DNA of 64,000 bases from Candidatus Buchananbacteria bacterium CG10_big_fil_rev_8_21_14_0_10_33_19. Lineage in GTDB: Bacteria; Patescibacteriota; Patescibacteriia; 2-01-FULL-39-33. Below the pieces are notes generated by a model, which had not been told where the DNA came from, searched no databases, and saw only the letters and a program-made list of their open reading frames with translations. The stretch is taken from assembly GCA_002773855.1 (NCBI GenBank), contig PEZY01000012.1:233565-297564 (forward strand), written 5' to 3'. Positions 49,825 through 59,070 of this stretch are shown piece by piece (positions within the stretch are counted from its first letter, which is position 1; each line of letters opens with the position of its first letter). A program made the position numbers and the translations under genes.

Positions 49825-50292
49825 TTAATCTTCTGGGTCTAATTCGGAATCTTTGAGCATTTCGTTAACGACTTTGCCAATTTCGCTTATGTCTTCATTA
49901 TCGTCTTTATGATAATCTTCATCGTTGTCATTTGGCCGATTATTGATTGATGCTAGTAGATAATTATTACCAATACTAAGATTAAAAAAATCACTTAAAA
50001 CATGGTGAATGGCTATGTAGGCGTTTTCAAAGGTACCACAATAATCATAGTTTTGATTTTTGTTATAAAAATAACCAACTGCATAAAAATCACCATTGGT
50101 TAAGTGTTGGATGTTAATATCGATATGGGTTTCATCTTCGCAATAAAACATCATTCTTTGGAAAAAACTTTCTAACATGTCAATTTGAAAAAAAGTTAGT
50201 TCCATTGGTGATTCAATATAAATCATAGCTGAGCTAGATTTATGGCGAATAATTATCATTATATAATTATCGACATAGTCTATTGTAGCCAT
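49825..50292 (-). CDS. Hypothetical acidic protein (orphan cassette), paralog of 49288-49725
   Basis: 155 aa; AAGGAG SD 7 nt before ATG; D/E-rich tail. Confidence 0.78.
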   Translation of the reverse strand: MATIDYVDNYIMIIIRHKSSSAMIYIESPMELTFFQIDMLESFFQRMMFYCEDETHIDINIQHLTNGDFYAVGYFYNKNQNYDYCGTFENAYIAIHHVLSDFFNLSIGNNYLLASINNRPNDNDEDYHKDDNEDISEIGKVVNEMLKDSELDPED

Positions 50293-50367
50293 GTCCGGTC
50301 TCCTTCTTGGTTTATAAGGAACAATTTATAGTAATGATATTATTACAAAATAATGATTTTAAATCAA
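50293..50367 (-). promoter_or_regulatory. Cassette leader: weak promoter + boxA-like motif + SD
   Basis: Minus strand: TTGATT...TAATAAT; TGTTCCTTATAA (50323-50312); AAGGAG. Confidence 0.55.
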
Positions 50368-50379
50368 ATATTTGACCAG

Positions 50380-50446
50380 TTGACAAAGGTGATAATAGCG
50401 GTTAAACTTAACTTTGATTGTCTAAAACAATGGAGGATTAAATAAT
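50380..50446 (+). promoter_or_regulatory. Promoter + SD (no clear boxA-like motif)
   Basis: TTGACA-N17-TAAACT; GGAGG at 50432-50436. Confidence 0.6.
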
Positions 50447-50827
50447 ATGTCTATTGATGAATTAGATTTTGCTCAAGAATTGACATTAAGAATAGCGCCT
50501 AGACAAATATTGTTCTTTTTAAGGGTAGAGAAGCGGGGATTGGAATTTCCTTTACACAATACCTCACTTAAATATCGTCGAGTTTTTTTGGTACCAAATA
50601 TGGTCTTGGCTGTGATTGATGAAACTGATGAACATTTAGTTGTAGAGTGGCATGGGCCAACACTACAGACTGAATATAAAGATCATCAATCTATATCACC
50701 ATATTCTGAAAGTATTTCTTTTGTTATGGATGTGCCAAAAGCTTGTTTGGCGGATAACTCAGTTGTGAGAATTGAGGCGAGTGGAGTGACTAAAATGAAA
50801 AACCATGTTCCAGCTATCTTATATTAG
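50447..50827 (+). CDS. Hypothetical protein (orphan with own promoter, SD and terminator)
   Basis: 126-aa ORF; hairpin GGGAAGA/TCTTCCC plus T-run at 50835-50858. Confidence 0.72.
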   Translation: MSIDELDFAQELTLRIAPRQILFFLRVEKRGLEFPLHNTSLKYRRVFLVPNMVLAVIDETDEHLVVEWHGPTLQTEYKDHQSISPYSESISFVMDVPKACLADNSVVRIEASGVTKMKNHVPAILY

Positions 50828-50919
50828 ACATTGTGGGAAGATTATTCTTCCCCCTTTTAATTCTTGCAAAATTATTATTTTTTTGATAGATTATAATAGA
50901 TTCTAAGATTTATTCACAA

Positions 50920-52743
50920 ATGAAAGAAAACAAATTTAAAAATTTTTTTACACCCGGTCCACGAGGCAAGCTTCGTTGGTCGGTTTTTGCTATTGCTGTT
51001 TTATTCGTAGCGATGTTATTTGTTAATTTAATCGGTTCAAATAATATAGTGACAAAAGTTTTAGACAATATTTTATCTAAAACTCCAGTAGTTGATAATC
51101 TAAAAATTTGGCCACAAATAGAAGTTAATCAATCAGATGGTACCAAAAACCTTAAGTTTAAAAACATTAGAGACATTGATTTGGTAACTTACGGTTTTCC
51201 TTTCAAATTAGGTTTAGATCTTCGGGGTGGTGCTCATCTAGTGTATGAGGCTGACGTCTCTCAAATTAGTTCCACAGAGCGTTCAAATGCCTTGTCAGGA
51301 GTGCGTGATGTCATTGAGAGAAGAGTTAATGCTTTTGGTGTTTCTGAGCCAATTATCCAAACTAATCAAGTTGGTGATAAATGGCGAGTAATTGTCGAAC
51401 TAGCTGGTGTGACTGATATTAATGAAGCCATTAGATTAATTGGCGAAACTCCACTTTTAGAATTTAAAGAAGAAAATCCTACCGCTAGTCAATTAACTGT
51501 TGATCAACAAGCCGAATTAGATAAATTAAATATTGAAGTTCGTGATAAGGCTCAATCTGTTTTGGATCAAATTTTAGCTGGTGGCGATTTCGCAAAATTG
51601 GCTCAAGAGAATTCTGAAGATGAAGGCAGTAAGGATAATGGTGGTTTTTATACTGGTGTTAAAAAAGGTACTTTTGTTCCAGAATATGAAGAAGTATTGT
51701 TTAACAAGTTAAAATCCGGTGAAGTTTATTCACAATTAGTACAATCTCAATTTGGTTATCATATTATCAAAAAAGAAACAGTTAGCGGTGAAGGTGAAGA
51801 CTTGGCTATTGATACTAGACATATTTTGTTTAAAACAAAAACTGCCACGGATATTGGCGTAGTTCTAGAGCCAGACTGGAAAACCACTACATTGACTGGT
51901 AAACAATTAAAGAGAGCTAGTGTAGAATTAGCTCCAAATTCTGGTGTACCACAGGTGTCTTTAGAGTTTGACAGTGAGGGTGCTGATTTATTTGCAGAAT
52001 TAACCAAGAAGAACGCTGGTAAATTGTTGGCTATATTTTTAGATGGTCAGCCAATTAGCATACCTCGAGTTAATGAACCAATTTTATCTGGTCAAGCAGT
52101 AATCTCTGGAAGTTTTACTCTACAAGATGCTAAATTATTAGCTCAAAGATTAAATGCTGGTGCTCTACCTGTGCCGATTGAATTAATTTCTCAGACTACT
52201 GTGGGTGCGACACTAGGCAATGATTCTGTTCAAAAAAGTTTAGTAGCTGGTTTTTGGGGTTTGATTTTAGTAGCTATCTTTATGATTTTGTATTATAGGT
52301 TGCCGGGTTTGTTAGCAGTAAAGGCTTTGCTCATTTATACAGTAATAATTTTGGCTTTATTTAAATTAATTCCAGTTACTTTAACCTTGGCTGGTATTGC
52401 CGGTTTTATTCTGTCTATTGGTATGGCAGTTGACGCTAATGTTTTGATTTTTGAAAGATTAAAAGAAGAATTGCGAGCTGGTCGTGATTTGACTACGGCT
52501 GTTGAGCAAGGTTTTAGACGAGCTTGGAGCTCTATTCGAGATTCTAATATTTCATCACTGATTACTTGTGCAATTTTGTTTTGGTTTGGCAGTAGCATTA
52601 TTAAGGGTTTTGCTTTGACTCTAGCTATTGGAACTCTTGTTTCGATGTTTTCAGCCATTACCATTACTAGACAGGTCTTAAGATTGATTGCCAAATGGAA
52701 AATAAGCCATGGTGATTGGCTTTATGGAGTCAAAATTAAATAA
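50920..52743 (+). CDS. secD: Protein translocase SecD with an inserted parvulin-type PPIase domain
   Basis: LGLDLRGG, RRVNAFGVSEP, GALPVP and GMAVDANVLIFER motifs; insert at about aa 190-310. Confidence 0.96.
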   Translation: MKENKFKNFFTPGPRGKLRWSVFAIAVLFVAMLFVNLIGSNNIVTKVLDNILSKTPVVDNLKIWPQIEVNQSDGTKNLKFKNIRDIDLVTYGFPFKLGLDLRGGAHLVYEADVSQISSTERSNALSGVRDVIERRVNAFGVSEPIIQTNQVGDKWRVIVELAGVTDINEAIRLIGETPLLEFKEENPTASQLTVDQQAELDKLNIEVRDKAQSVLDQILAGGDFAKLAQENSEDEGSKDNGGFYTGVKKGTFVPEYEEVLFNKLKSGEVYSQLVQSQFGYHIIKKETVSGEGEDLAIDTRHILFKTKTATDIGVVLEPDWKTTTLTGKQLKRASVELAPNSGVPQVSLEFDSEGADLFAELTKKNAGKLLAIFLDGQPISIPRVNEPILSGQAVISGSFTLQDAKLLAQRLNAGALPVPIELISQTTVGATLGNDSVQKSLVAGFWGLILVAIFMILYYRLPGLLAVKALLIYTVIILALFKLIPVTLTLAGIAGFILSIGMAVDANVLIFERLKEELRAGRDLTTAVEQGFRRAWSSIRDSNISSLITCAILFWFGSSIIKGFALTLAIGTLVSMFSAITITRQVLRLIAKWKISHGDWLYGVKIK

Positions 52744-52747
52744 ATTT

Positions 52748-53668
52748 ATGAAATTAAACATAATTCAAAATAGAAAATACTCTTATATCGTGTCTGGCAC
52801 TTTGATCCTGATTAGTATTTTAAGTTTGATCGCCTGGGGTTTGAAACCGGGGATTGATTTTACTGGCGGTAGTCTTATGGAATTAAGTTTTGATGGGACT
52901 AGACCGGATGTTGCAGTTATTGAAGAATCTTTGACTAGTTTGGAATTGGGAGAAATTAAAATTCAACCGTTTGGTGATAATAATAATATTTTAAGATTTA
53001 AAAATGTTGATGAAGATACTCATCAGGTTATACTGGGTAAGCTAAAAGAAACTTTCAATGGCCAAAACGATTCTAGTTTGGCTATTGAAGAGCGTTTTGA
53101 ATCAATTGGTCCAGTTTTAGGTAAGGAATTGCAGGATAAGGCTTGGGTGGCTATTTTTTTAGCTTCAATGATGATAGTGCTTTATATTGCTTATGCTTTT
53201 AGAAAGGTTTCTAAGCCAGTAGAATCTTGGAAGTTTGGTTTGGCAGCGATTGTAGCTTTGATCCATGATATTTTAATTGTAACTGGTTTATTTTCAATTC
53301 TAGGTCATTTTGCTGGCATTGAAGTTGATAGTTTGTTTGTTACTGCTCTATTGACTATTTTAGGTTTCTCGGTTCATGATACAATTGTGGTTTTTGATCG
53401 AACTAGAGAAAATTTATCTAAACATTATAGTTCTAATTTTGAAGAGGTAGTCAACGATAGTATTAATCAAACTATTAGTCGTTCTATTAATACTTCATTA
53501 ACCACTTTGTTAGTTTTGATTACTTTATATTTATTTGGTGGAGCCACTATCTCTAGCTTTATTTTAGCTTTGATTGCCGGTATTACTGTTGGAACATATT
53601 CTTCTATTTTTGTAGCTAGCCCTGTTTTGGTCACTTGGTATTTTTGGGCCAAGAGATTAAAGAGTTAA
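52748..53668 (+). CDS. secF: Protein translocase SecF
   Basis: GIDFTGG, GFSVHDTIVVFDR, RSINTS and GTYSSIF motifs; start moved to ATG 52748. Confidence 0.96.
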   Translation: MKLNIIQNRKYSYIVSGTLILISILSLIAWGLKPGIDFTGGSLMELSFDGTRPDVAVIEESLTSLELGEIKIQPFGDNNNILRFKNVDEDTHQVILGKLKETFNGQNDSSLAIEERFESIGPVLGKELQDKAWVAIFLASMMIVLYIAYAFRKVSKPVESWKFGLAAIVALIHDILIVTGLFSILGHFAGIEVDSLFVTALLTILGFSVHDTIVVFDRTRENLSKHYSSNFEEVVNDSINQTISRSINTSLTTLLVLITLYLFGGATISSFILALIAGITVGTYSSIFVASPVLVTWYFWAKRLKS

Positions 53669-53841
53669 AATTATTTTTTATAGTAAATAAAAAAACCGTC
53701 TTTCTACGTGGAGGGCGGTTTTGTGTTTGATTATTGCCAATTAATAAACATTTGACATACCTCTATTAAATTAATAGATATCAGTTTATTTGCCAATATA
53801 ACTATATTATGTGCTATTATAACATATATTATACACTGTTG

Positions 53842-53870
53842 TTGACAAATAGAACTATTTTTGATATAAT
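53842..53870 (+). promoter_or_regulatory. Consensus sigma70 promoter
   Basis: TTGACA-N17-TATAAT with an extended TGn. Confidence 0.8.
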
Positions 53871-53964
53871 TAAGGGGAAAAGTTAAATAAATCACTTTTT
53901 GGCTCTGTTTAGCCAAAATATATCTTTATCACCATGCAGATGTGAGATTTTAATATTTTTATTT

Positions 53965-55152
53965 ATGTCTATATTAGATCAAGTTAGAAAAACTCAATTT
54001 CAAGATAATATGGCTGGTTTCAATCCTATGGAAACTATCAATATTTTACTTTCACGTTTGACCGACAAGGAAAAAGATGTTGTTAAACGTAGATTCGGTT
54101 TAGAGGCTGATTCTAAACAAACCCTAGAGGAAATTGGTAAACACTATGGTATTACTAGGGAAAGGGTTAGACAAATAGAAAATTTGAGTATCAAAAAATT
54201 AAAAGAACTTCAAGAATTAAAAGATGAAATACTAACTGCCGAAAGAGTAACTGCTCAGTTATTAGAACAATACGGTGGGGTGATGGAAGAAGAGTTTTTC
54301 TTGGAAAATATTTTAAACTATTTAGATACTAGAGATGGCAGTGAAAATGCCTTGTTATTTTTGGCTGATCACATTTTTTCTGATAATATTAATAAGGTTA
54401 AACAAGATAAAGAGTTTAATCATTTATGGCGAATGGATTCTGTGGATACAAATACTTTGAAAGAAGTAATTGGTGAAATGGTGGCATTAATTGAAAATCA
54501 TAATAAACCAATTAAGTTAAAGGATTTATTGGATAATTTTAAAAATTCAGAATACTACTCTAAAAATCGTGAAAAATTCTTGTCAGCTACTACTTTTTTA
54601 GAAGCTACAGAAGAAGATATTGATAAGGTTTTAGAGAGTTATTTAAGAGTTAGTCGTCGTGTAAAATCCAATTTATTTGATGAATGGGGTTTAATTTCTT
54701 GGGGTACAGTACAACCAAAGAAAATAAATGATAAAATCTATATAGTTTTAAAGAAATCTGGTCAACCGTTACATTTTGTGGATATTGCCAAAGCTATTAA
54801 TGAAACTAGATTTGATGAAAAGATTGCCTATCCACCAACAGTTCATAATGAATTAATTTTGGACAATAAATATGTGTTAGTTGGCCGTGGTATTTATGCC
54901 TTAAAAGAGTGGGGCTATGAGCCTGGTAACGTAGCTAATGTGGTAGAACAGTACTTAAAAGACAATGGTCCAAAAACTAAGGATGAAATTATTAACTATG
55001 TTTTGAGTAAGAGAAATGTTAAAAAGTCCACTGTATATTTGTCTTTAATGAATAATGATAATATTCAAAAAAACGATAGCGGTAAATATGTATATATTGA
55101 AAATTCAAATTCTGACGATAGTTCAGCAGTTTTAAACTCAGATAATCAATAA
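53965..55152 (+). CDS. Sigma70 region-4-like HTH protein with C-terminal winged-helix (HARE/RNAP-delta-like) domains
   Basis: RRFGL...TLEEIGKHYGITRERVRQIE; PLHF..IA...TVHNELI...VLVGRGIYAL; no sigma region 2; start moved to ATG 53965. Confidence 0.82.
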   Translation: MSILDQVRKTQFQDNMAGFNPMETINILLSRLTDKEKDVVKRRFGLEADSKQTLEEIGKHYGITRERVRQIENLSIKKLKELQELKDEILTAERVTAQLLEQYGGVMEEEFFLENILNYLDTRDGSENALLFLADHIFSDNINKVKQDKEFNHLWRMDSVDTNTLKEVIGEMVALIENHNKPIKLKDLLDNFKNSEYYSKNREKFLSATTFLEATEEDIDKVLESYLRVSRRVKSNLFDEWGLISWGTVQPKKINDKIYIVLKKSGQPLHFVDIAKAINETRFDEKIAYPPTVHNELILDNKYVLVGRGIYALKEWGYEPGNVANVVEQYLKDNGPKTKDEIINYVLSKRNVKKSTVYLSLMNNDNIQKNDSGKYVYIENSNSDDSSAVLNSDNQ

Positions 55153-55264
55153 TTTGGTTTCTAATTATCTGTTAATTATATGTAAAAACATAATTAACAG
55201 AAACTAGTAACTAAGTTTCTTCAATTTTAGAAGTAGACTAGTAAGCTCAAAAGGTGACAACTTT

Positions 55265-56725
55265 ATGGGTAAAAATGGTATTAACATAGAAATTGATTTT
55301 TTATCAATTTGGAATACAATCATAGACTTTGGTTCTCAAAATCCAGTTATCATAGCAACTCAGATTTTTCTAGGCGGTGGCTGGGTAGTTTTTTTGTTAC
55401 TTTTTATTTATGGTCTTTATACTGTTTGGTTGGATGGCCGGCAAGCTAGGTTTGCTTCTAAGTGGAAGCATATATTATTGGCTATAGATATACCTAAAAA
55501 TAATATTCAAACTCCTAAGGCAGTAGAGAGTATTTTTATCGCTTTAGCCGGCGCTCAGTCTGGCGGTAATTTGGTTGATTTATATTGGAGTGGAAAAGTA
55601 CAAGAAAGTTTTTCATTTGAAATTGTTAGCTTGGAAGGGTATGTGCAATTTTTGGTTAGAACTCCTGTTCATTTTAGGGATTTGATTGAGGCAGCAGTTT
55701 ATGCCCAGTATCCTGAAGCCGAAATTACGGAAGTTGATGATTATGCTAGTCAATATAGTGATGTTAAATTTCCTAATGATAAGTATAATCTTTGGGGTAC
55801 AGAACTAGTTTTAGCTCGCGATTATCCTTATCCAATCAGGACTTATTCTGATTTTGAACATAAGTTAACTGGTGAATTAATCGATCCAATGGCTGGAGTT
55901 TTGGAAACTCTAACTAGACTTGGTCCAGGAGAGCAAGTTTGGTTGCAATTTGTAATCACACCACAAAAACCGGGTTGGGGCGAGAAAGGTAAAAAGATTT
56001 TAAAAGAAATGAAGGGTGAACCATACACACCACCAGAAACTTTTTCTGATAAAATTATTAAACCAATTAGTTTTATTGGTGATTTAGCTATGGCAGTGAG
56101 CAATGAAATTTTTGGCGCTGATGAAGTAGCCAAGAAAAAGGAAGAGGATCAATGGAAGATGTTTAGGATTTCACCTGGTGAGAGATTGGTTTTTGAGAAT
56201 GTCCAAAGAAAGTTAGCTCAGCATGTCTTTAGATTAAAATTTAGGTTTGTTTATTTTGGTGAAAAGGAAGTTTTTAATAAGGGCAGAGGAGTGGCTTCTA
56301 TAATTTCTGGCTTGCAACAGTTTAATGTGGCTGATTCCAATGGCTTTAAGCCAGGTCCTAGAACTAAAACATCAGCTGATTATTTTAATGTTAATAAACG
56401 AGTAGCTGAGTTGCAAAAGCGAATTTTACGTAACTATATTAAGCGTAACAATTACAATGGTGATGATGTTAGTAATATGATGGTTTGTAGTGAGGAATTA
56501 GCTTCATTGTGGCATTTCCCAGTTATGAGTGTTAAAGCACCAACAGTGGAGAAAATAGGCTCTAAGCGATCTGTGCCGCCATCACGGTTACCTTATGATA
56601 CTGGTCGAGTTCAGCCAAATATACAGTTACCAACACTCGAATCAGTTAACACCGTAGAAAATAAGCCAGAGATCAAAGAATCTAGACCAAAACCAACACC
56701 ACCAGCTAATTTACCAACTGTTTAA
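55265..56725 (+). CDS. Membrane-anchored conserved protein, partner of the VirD4-like ATPase
   Basis: One TM, then FSFEIVS, AQYPEAEI, YPIRTY and EELASLWHFP; 4-nt gap to the next gene. Confidence 0.75.
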   Translation: MGKNGINIEIDFLSIWNTIIDFGSQNPVIIATQIFLGGGWVVFLLLFIYGLYTVWLDGRQARFASKWKHILLAIDIPKNNIQTPKAVESIFIALAGAQSGGNLVDLYWSGKVQESFSFEIVSLEGYVQFLVRTPVHFRDLIEAAVYAQYPEAEITEVDDYASQYSDVKFPNDKYNLWGTELVLARDYPYPIRTYSDFEHKLTGELIDPMAGVLETLTRLGPGEQVWLQFVITPQKPGWGEKGKKILKEMKGEPYTPPETFSDKIIKPISFIGDLAMAVSNEIFGADEVAKKKEEDQWKMFRISPGERLVFENVQRKLAQHVFRLKFRFVYFGEKEVFNKGRGVASIISGLQQFNVADSNGFKPGPRTKTSADYFNVNKRVAELQKRILRNYIKRNNYNGDDVSNMMVCSEELASLWHFPVMSVKAPTVEKIGSKRSVPPSRLPYDTGRVQPNIQLPTLESVNTVENKPEIKESRPKPTPPANLPTV

Positions 56726-56729
56726 AAAA

Positions 56730-58418
56730 ATGAATCAAGAAGAAACTTTGAATGAGATAACTTTGTTTGGCGAAACTAATTTTCGCAATCAAAAAAAGCG
56801 TTTTGGTATTAAACGTGATGACCGAAGACGCCATGTTTATATTATCGGTAAAACTGGTATGGGTAAGACTACTTTATTAGAAAATATGATAATTTCTGAT
56901 ATTGTCAATGGTGATGGTTGTTGCTATGTTGATCCCCATGGTGATACGGCTGAAAAGATATTAGATTTTATTCCTCCTAGCAGAATTAATGATGTTATTT
57001 ATTTTAACCCAGCAGATACCGAATTTCCCATTGCTTTTAATATATTAGAAGCCGTTGATGAAAAAAGTAAGCATTTAATTGCTTCTGGATTAGTTGGCGT
57101 GTTTAAGAAGCAATTTGCTGATAGTTGGGGACCAAGATTAGAATATATTTTGCGTAACGCTATTTTAGCTTTATTGGATTATCCGGGTAGTACTCTATTG
57201 GGTATTATGAGAATTTTAGTTGACAATAGTTATCGTGAGAAGGTGGTTGAAAAAATTACCGATCCAGTAGTTAAATCTTTTTGGGTCAATGAGTATACTA
57301 AATGGAATGATAGAACATTACAAGAGGTAATATCTCCAATTCAAAACAAGGTTGGTCAGTTTTTGTCTAATTTTTTAATTAGGAATATTGTTGGTCAGGT
57401 GAAGTCAACTTTTGATTTGCGCGAAGTTATTGATGGTCGAAAAATATTAATTATGAATTTATCCAAGGGTAGGATTGGCGAGGACACGATGCAACTTTTA
57501 GGTTCGATGATTGTGACTAAACTGTATTTAGCGGCCATGAGTCGCGTTGATATACCAGAGAAAGATCGAAAAGACTTTTATTTGTATGTTGATGAATTTC
57601 AAAATTTTGCTACTGACAGTTTTGCTGATATTTTATCAGAGGCTAGAAAATATCGACTTAATTTGACCATGGCTCACCAATTTATTGAGCAGTTACCAGA
57701 AACCGTTTCGGCTTCAGTGTTTGGTAATGTGGGTACTTTGTTATGTTTTCGAGTTGGCGCAGCCGATGCAGAAAAGCTAGTGAAGGAGTTTACGCCAATA
57801 TTTTTAGAAGAAGATTTAGTTAATTTGCCAGCTTTTAGTATTTATTTAAAGTTAATGATTGATGGTGTTTCATCTGATCCATTTTCGGCTAATACTTTAC
57901 CGCCATTATTTGATGAGTATAGATCAAATAGCACTGAAAGAGTGGTTAAAGTTTCTCGAGAAAGGTATGCTAATCATCGTAAATCCATAGAAGATAAAAT
58001 AAATCGTTGGAGTGGTATGGATTTAAGTGAAAAAATGATAGCCACTAGCGAAGGGCATGTTAATTTTAAGTCAGAAAGAGATAAGCAGATTAAGACACAA
58101 CACAGAACATCAGTAGACAATAAATTTACCAAGCCTAAGCCCAAGGAGGACAAAAAATTAGAAGAAAAATACATTGTAGATTGTTTTTCTTGTGGTAAAA
58201 CTGCCGAAATTAATTTTTTTCCTGATGGCAAGCGTCCAGTTTTTTGTAAAGATTGTTTGGTTAAGAGCCGACAAGATAGGCAAATTAAAAATAACGCAAC
58301 AGACAAAGCGGTGTCACCAAAAATTGCAACAAAAATTTTAGAACAACCACAAGAGGCTGTACAGACTATCAGTTTGGCTGACTTGGGTAAAAGATCGGAG
58401 ACGCCGAATAATAAATAG
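56730..58418 (+). CDS. VirD4/TraD/HerA-like P-loop ATPase with a C-terminal CxxC-x17-CxxC domain
   Basis: Walker A GKTGMGKT, DPHGD, Walker B YVDEFQNF, SEARKY and AHQ; CFSC-x17-CKDC. Confidence 0.88.
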   Translation: MNQEETLNEITLFGETNFRNQKKRFGIKRDDRRRHVYIIGKTGMGKTTLLENMIISDIVNGDGCCYVDPHGDTAEKILDFIPPSRINDVIYFNPADTEFPIAFNILEAVDEKSKHLIASGLVGVFKKQFADSWGPRLEYILRNAILALLDYPGSTLLGIMRILVDNSYREKVVEKITDPVVKSFWVNEYTKWNDRTLQEVISPIQNKVGQFLSNFLIRNIVGQVKSTFDLREVIDGRKILIMNLSKGRIGEDTMQLLGSMIVTKLYLAAMSRVDIPEKDRKDFYLYVDEFQNFATDSFADILSEARKYRLNLTMAHQFIEQLPETVSASVFGNVGTLLCFRVGAADAEKLVKEFTPIFLEEDLVNLPAFSIYLKLMIDGVSSDPFSANTLPPLFDEYRSNSTERVVKVSRERYANHRKSIEDKINRWSGMDLSEKMIATSEGHVNFKSERDKQIKTQHRTSVDNKFTKPKPKEDKKLEEKYIVDCFSCGKTAEINFFPDGKRPVFCKDCLVKSRQDRQIKNNATDKAVSPKIATKILEQPQEAVQTISLADLGKRSETPNNK

Positions 58419-58427
58419 CAGTAGCTT

Positions 58428-58976
58428 ATGTGGGAGTTAGTTATTAAATCATTTTACCTTGCTCTGCCGGCTTATTTGGCTAATATGTCGCCGGTTATAT
58501 TTGATAAATTAGGATTATTTAAGTCTTTGGCTCAGCCCATTGATGGTGGTAAAAAAATAGGCACAGAATTTATTTTTGGGAGGTCTAAAACTTGGCGAGG
58601 ATTGCTGTCTGGTGCAATATTTGGTGTAGTAGTGACTTGGATTCAAGCTGGATTATATAGCGTTACTTTTTTTAAAAGCTTGTCGCTAGTAGATTACCCG
58701 CGTCATTTTATTGCTTTTGGTTTGTTGGCAGGCCTGGGGGCTATACTTGGTGATTTAATAAAAAGTTTTTTTAAACGTCGCTTTAATATTAAAAGTGGTA
58801 GTAGTTGGCCAGTATTTGATCAGTTGGATTTTATTGCTGGTTTTTTTATTGCAACTTACTATTTGGTTGGTTTTGATGTGGGTGTTGTTGTAGTTGTTTT
58901 TTTGATTACTTTAATACTACATCCCTTAACTAATCTATTAGCTTACCAGCTGGGCTTTAAAAAAGTTTGGTGGTGA
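58428..58976 (+). CDS. CDP-archaeol synthase (CarS)-like CTP transferase
   Basis: PAYLAN..P, PIDGG, KTWRG, GDLIKSFFKRR and DQLDF motifs. Confidence 0.85.
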   Translation: MWELVIKSFYLALPAYLANMSPVIFDKLGLFKSLAQPIDGGKKIGTEFIFGRSKTWRGLLSGAIFGVVVTWIQAGLYSVTFFKSLSLVDYPRHFIAFGLLAGLGAILGDLIKSFFKRRFNIKSGSSWPVFDQLDFIAGFFIATYYLVGFDVGVVVVVFLITLILHPLTNLLAYQLGFKKVWW

Positions 58977-59070
58977 GTGCTTATAACGTATACCATAAAA
59001 CACTTAACAAAAAATAATTTAAAAATTTCAATTTTCAAATTTTCATTGCGAAGTAAATTAATAGCAATAT

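Noticed and set aside
50409-50431. boxA-like motif for the 50447 orphan
   Set aside because: The closest string (TGTCTAAAACAA) lacks the GYWCxTT core; this gene is an exception, with promoter, SD and terminator only.
53731-53916. 61-aa minus-strand ORF between secF and the sigma-like gene
   Set aside because: It runs through the promoter cluster and has no SD or promoter of its own; the hairpin near 53690-53722 is explained as the secF terminator.
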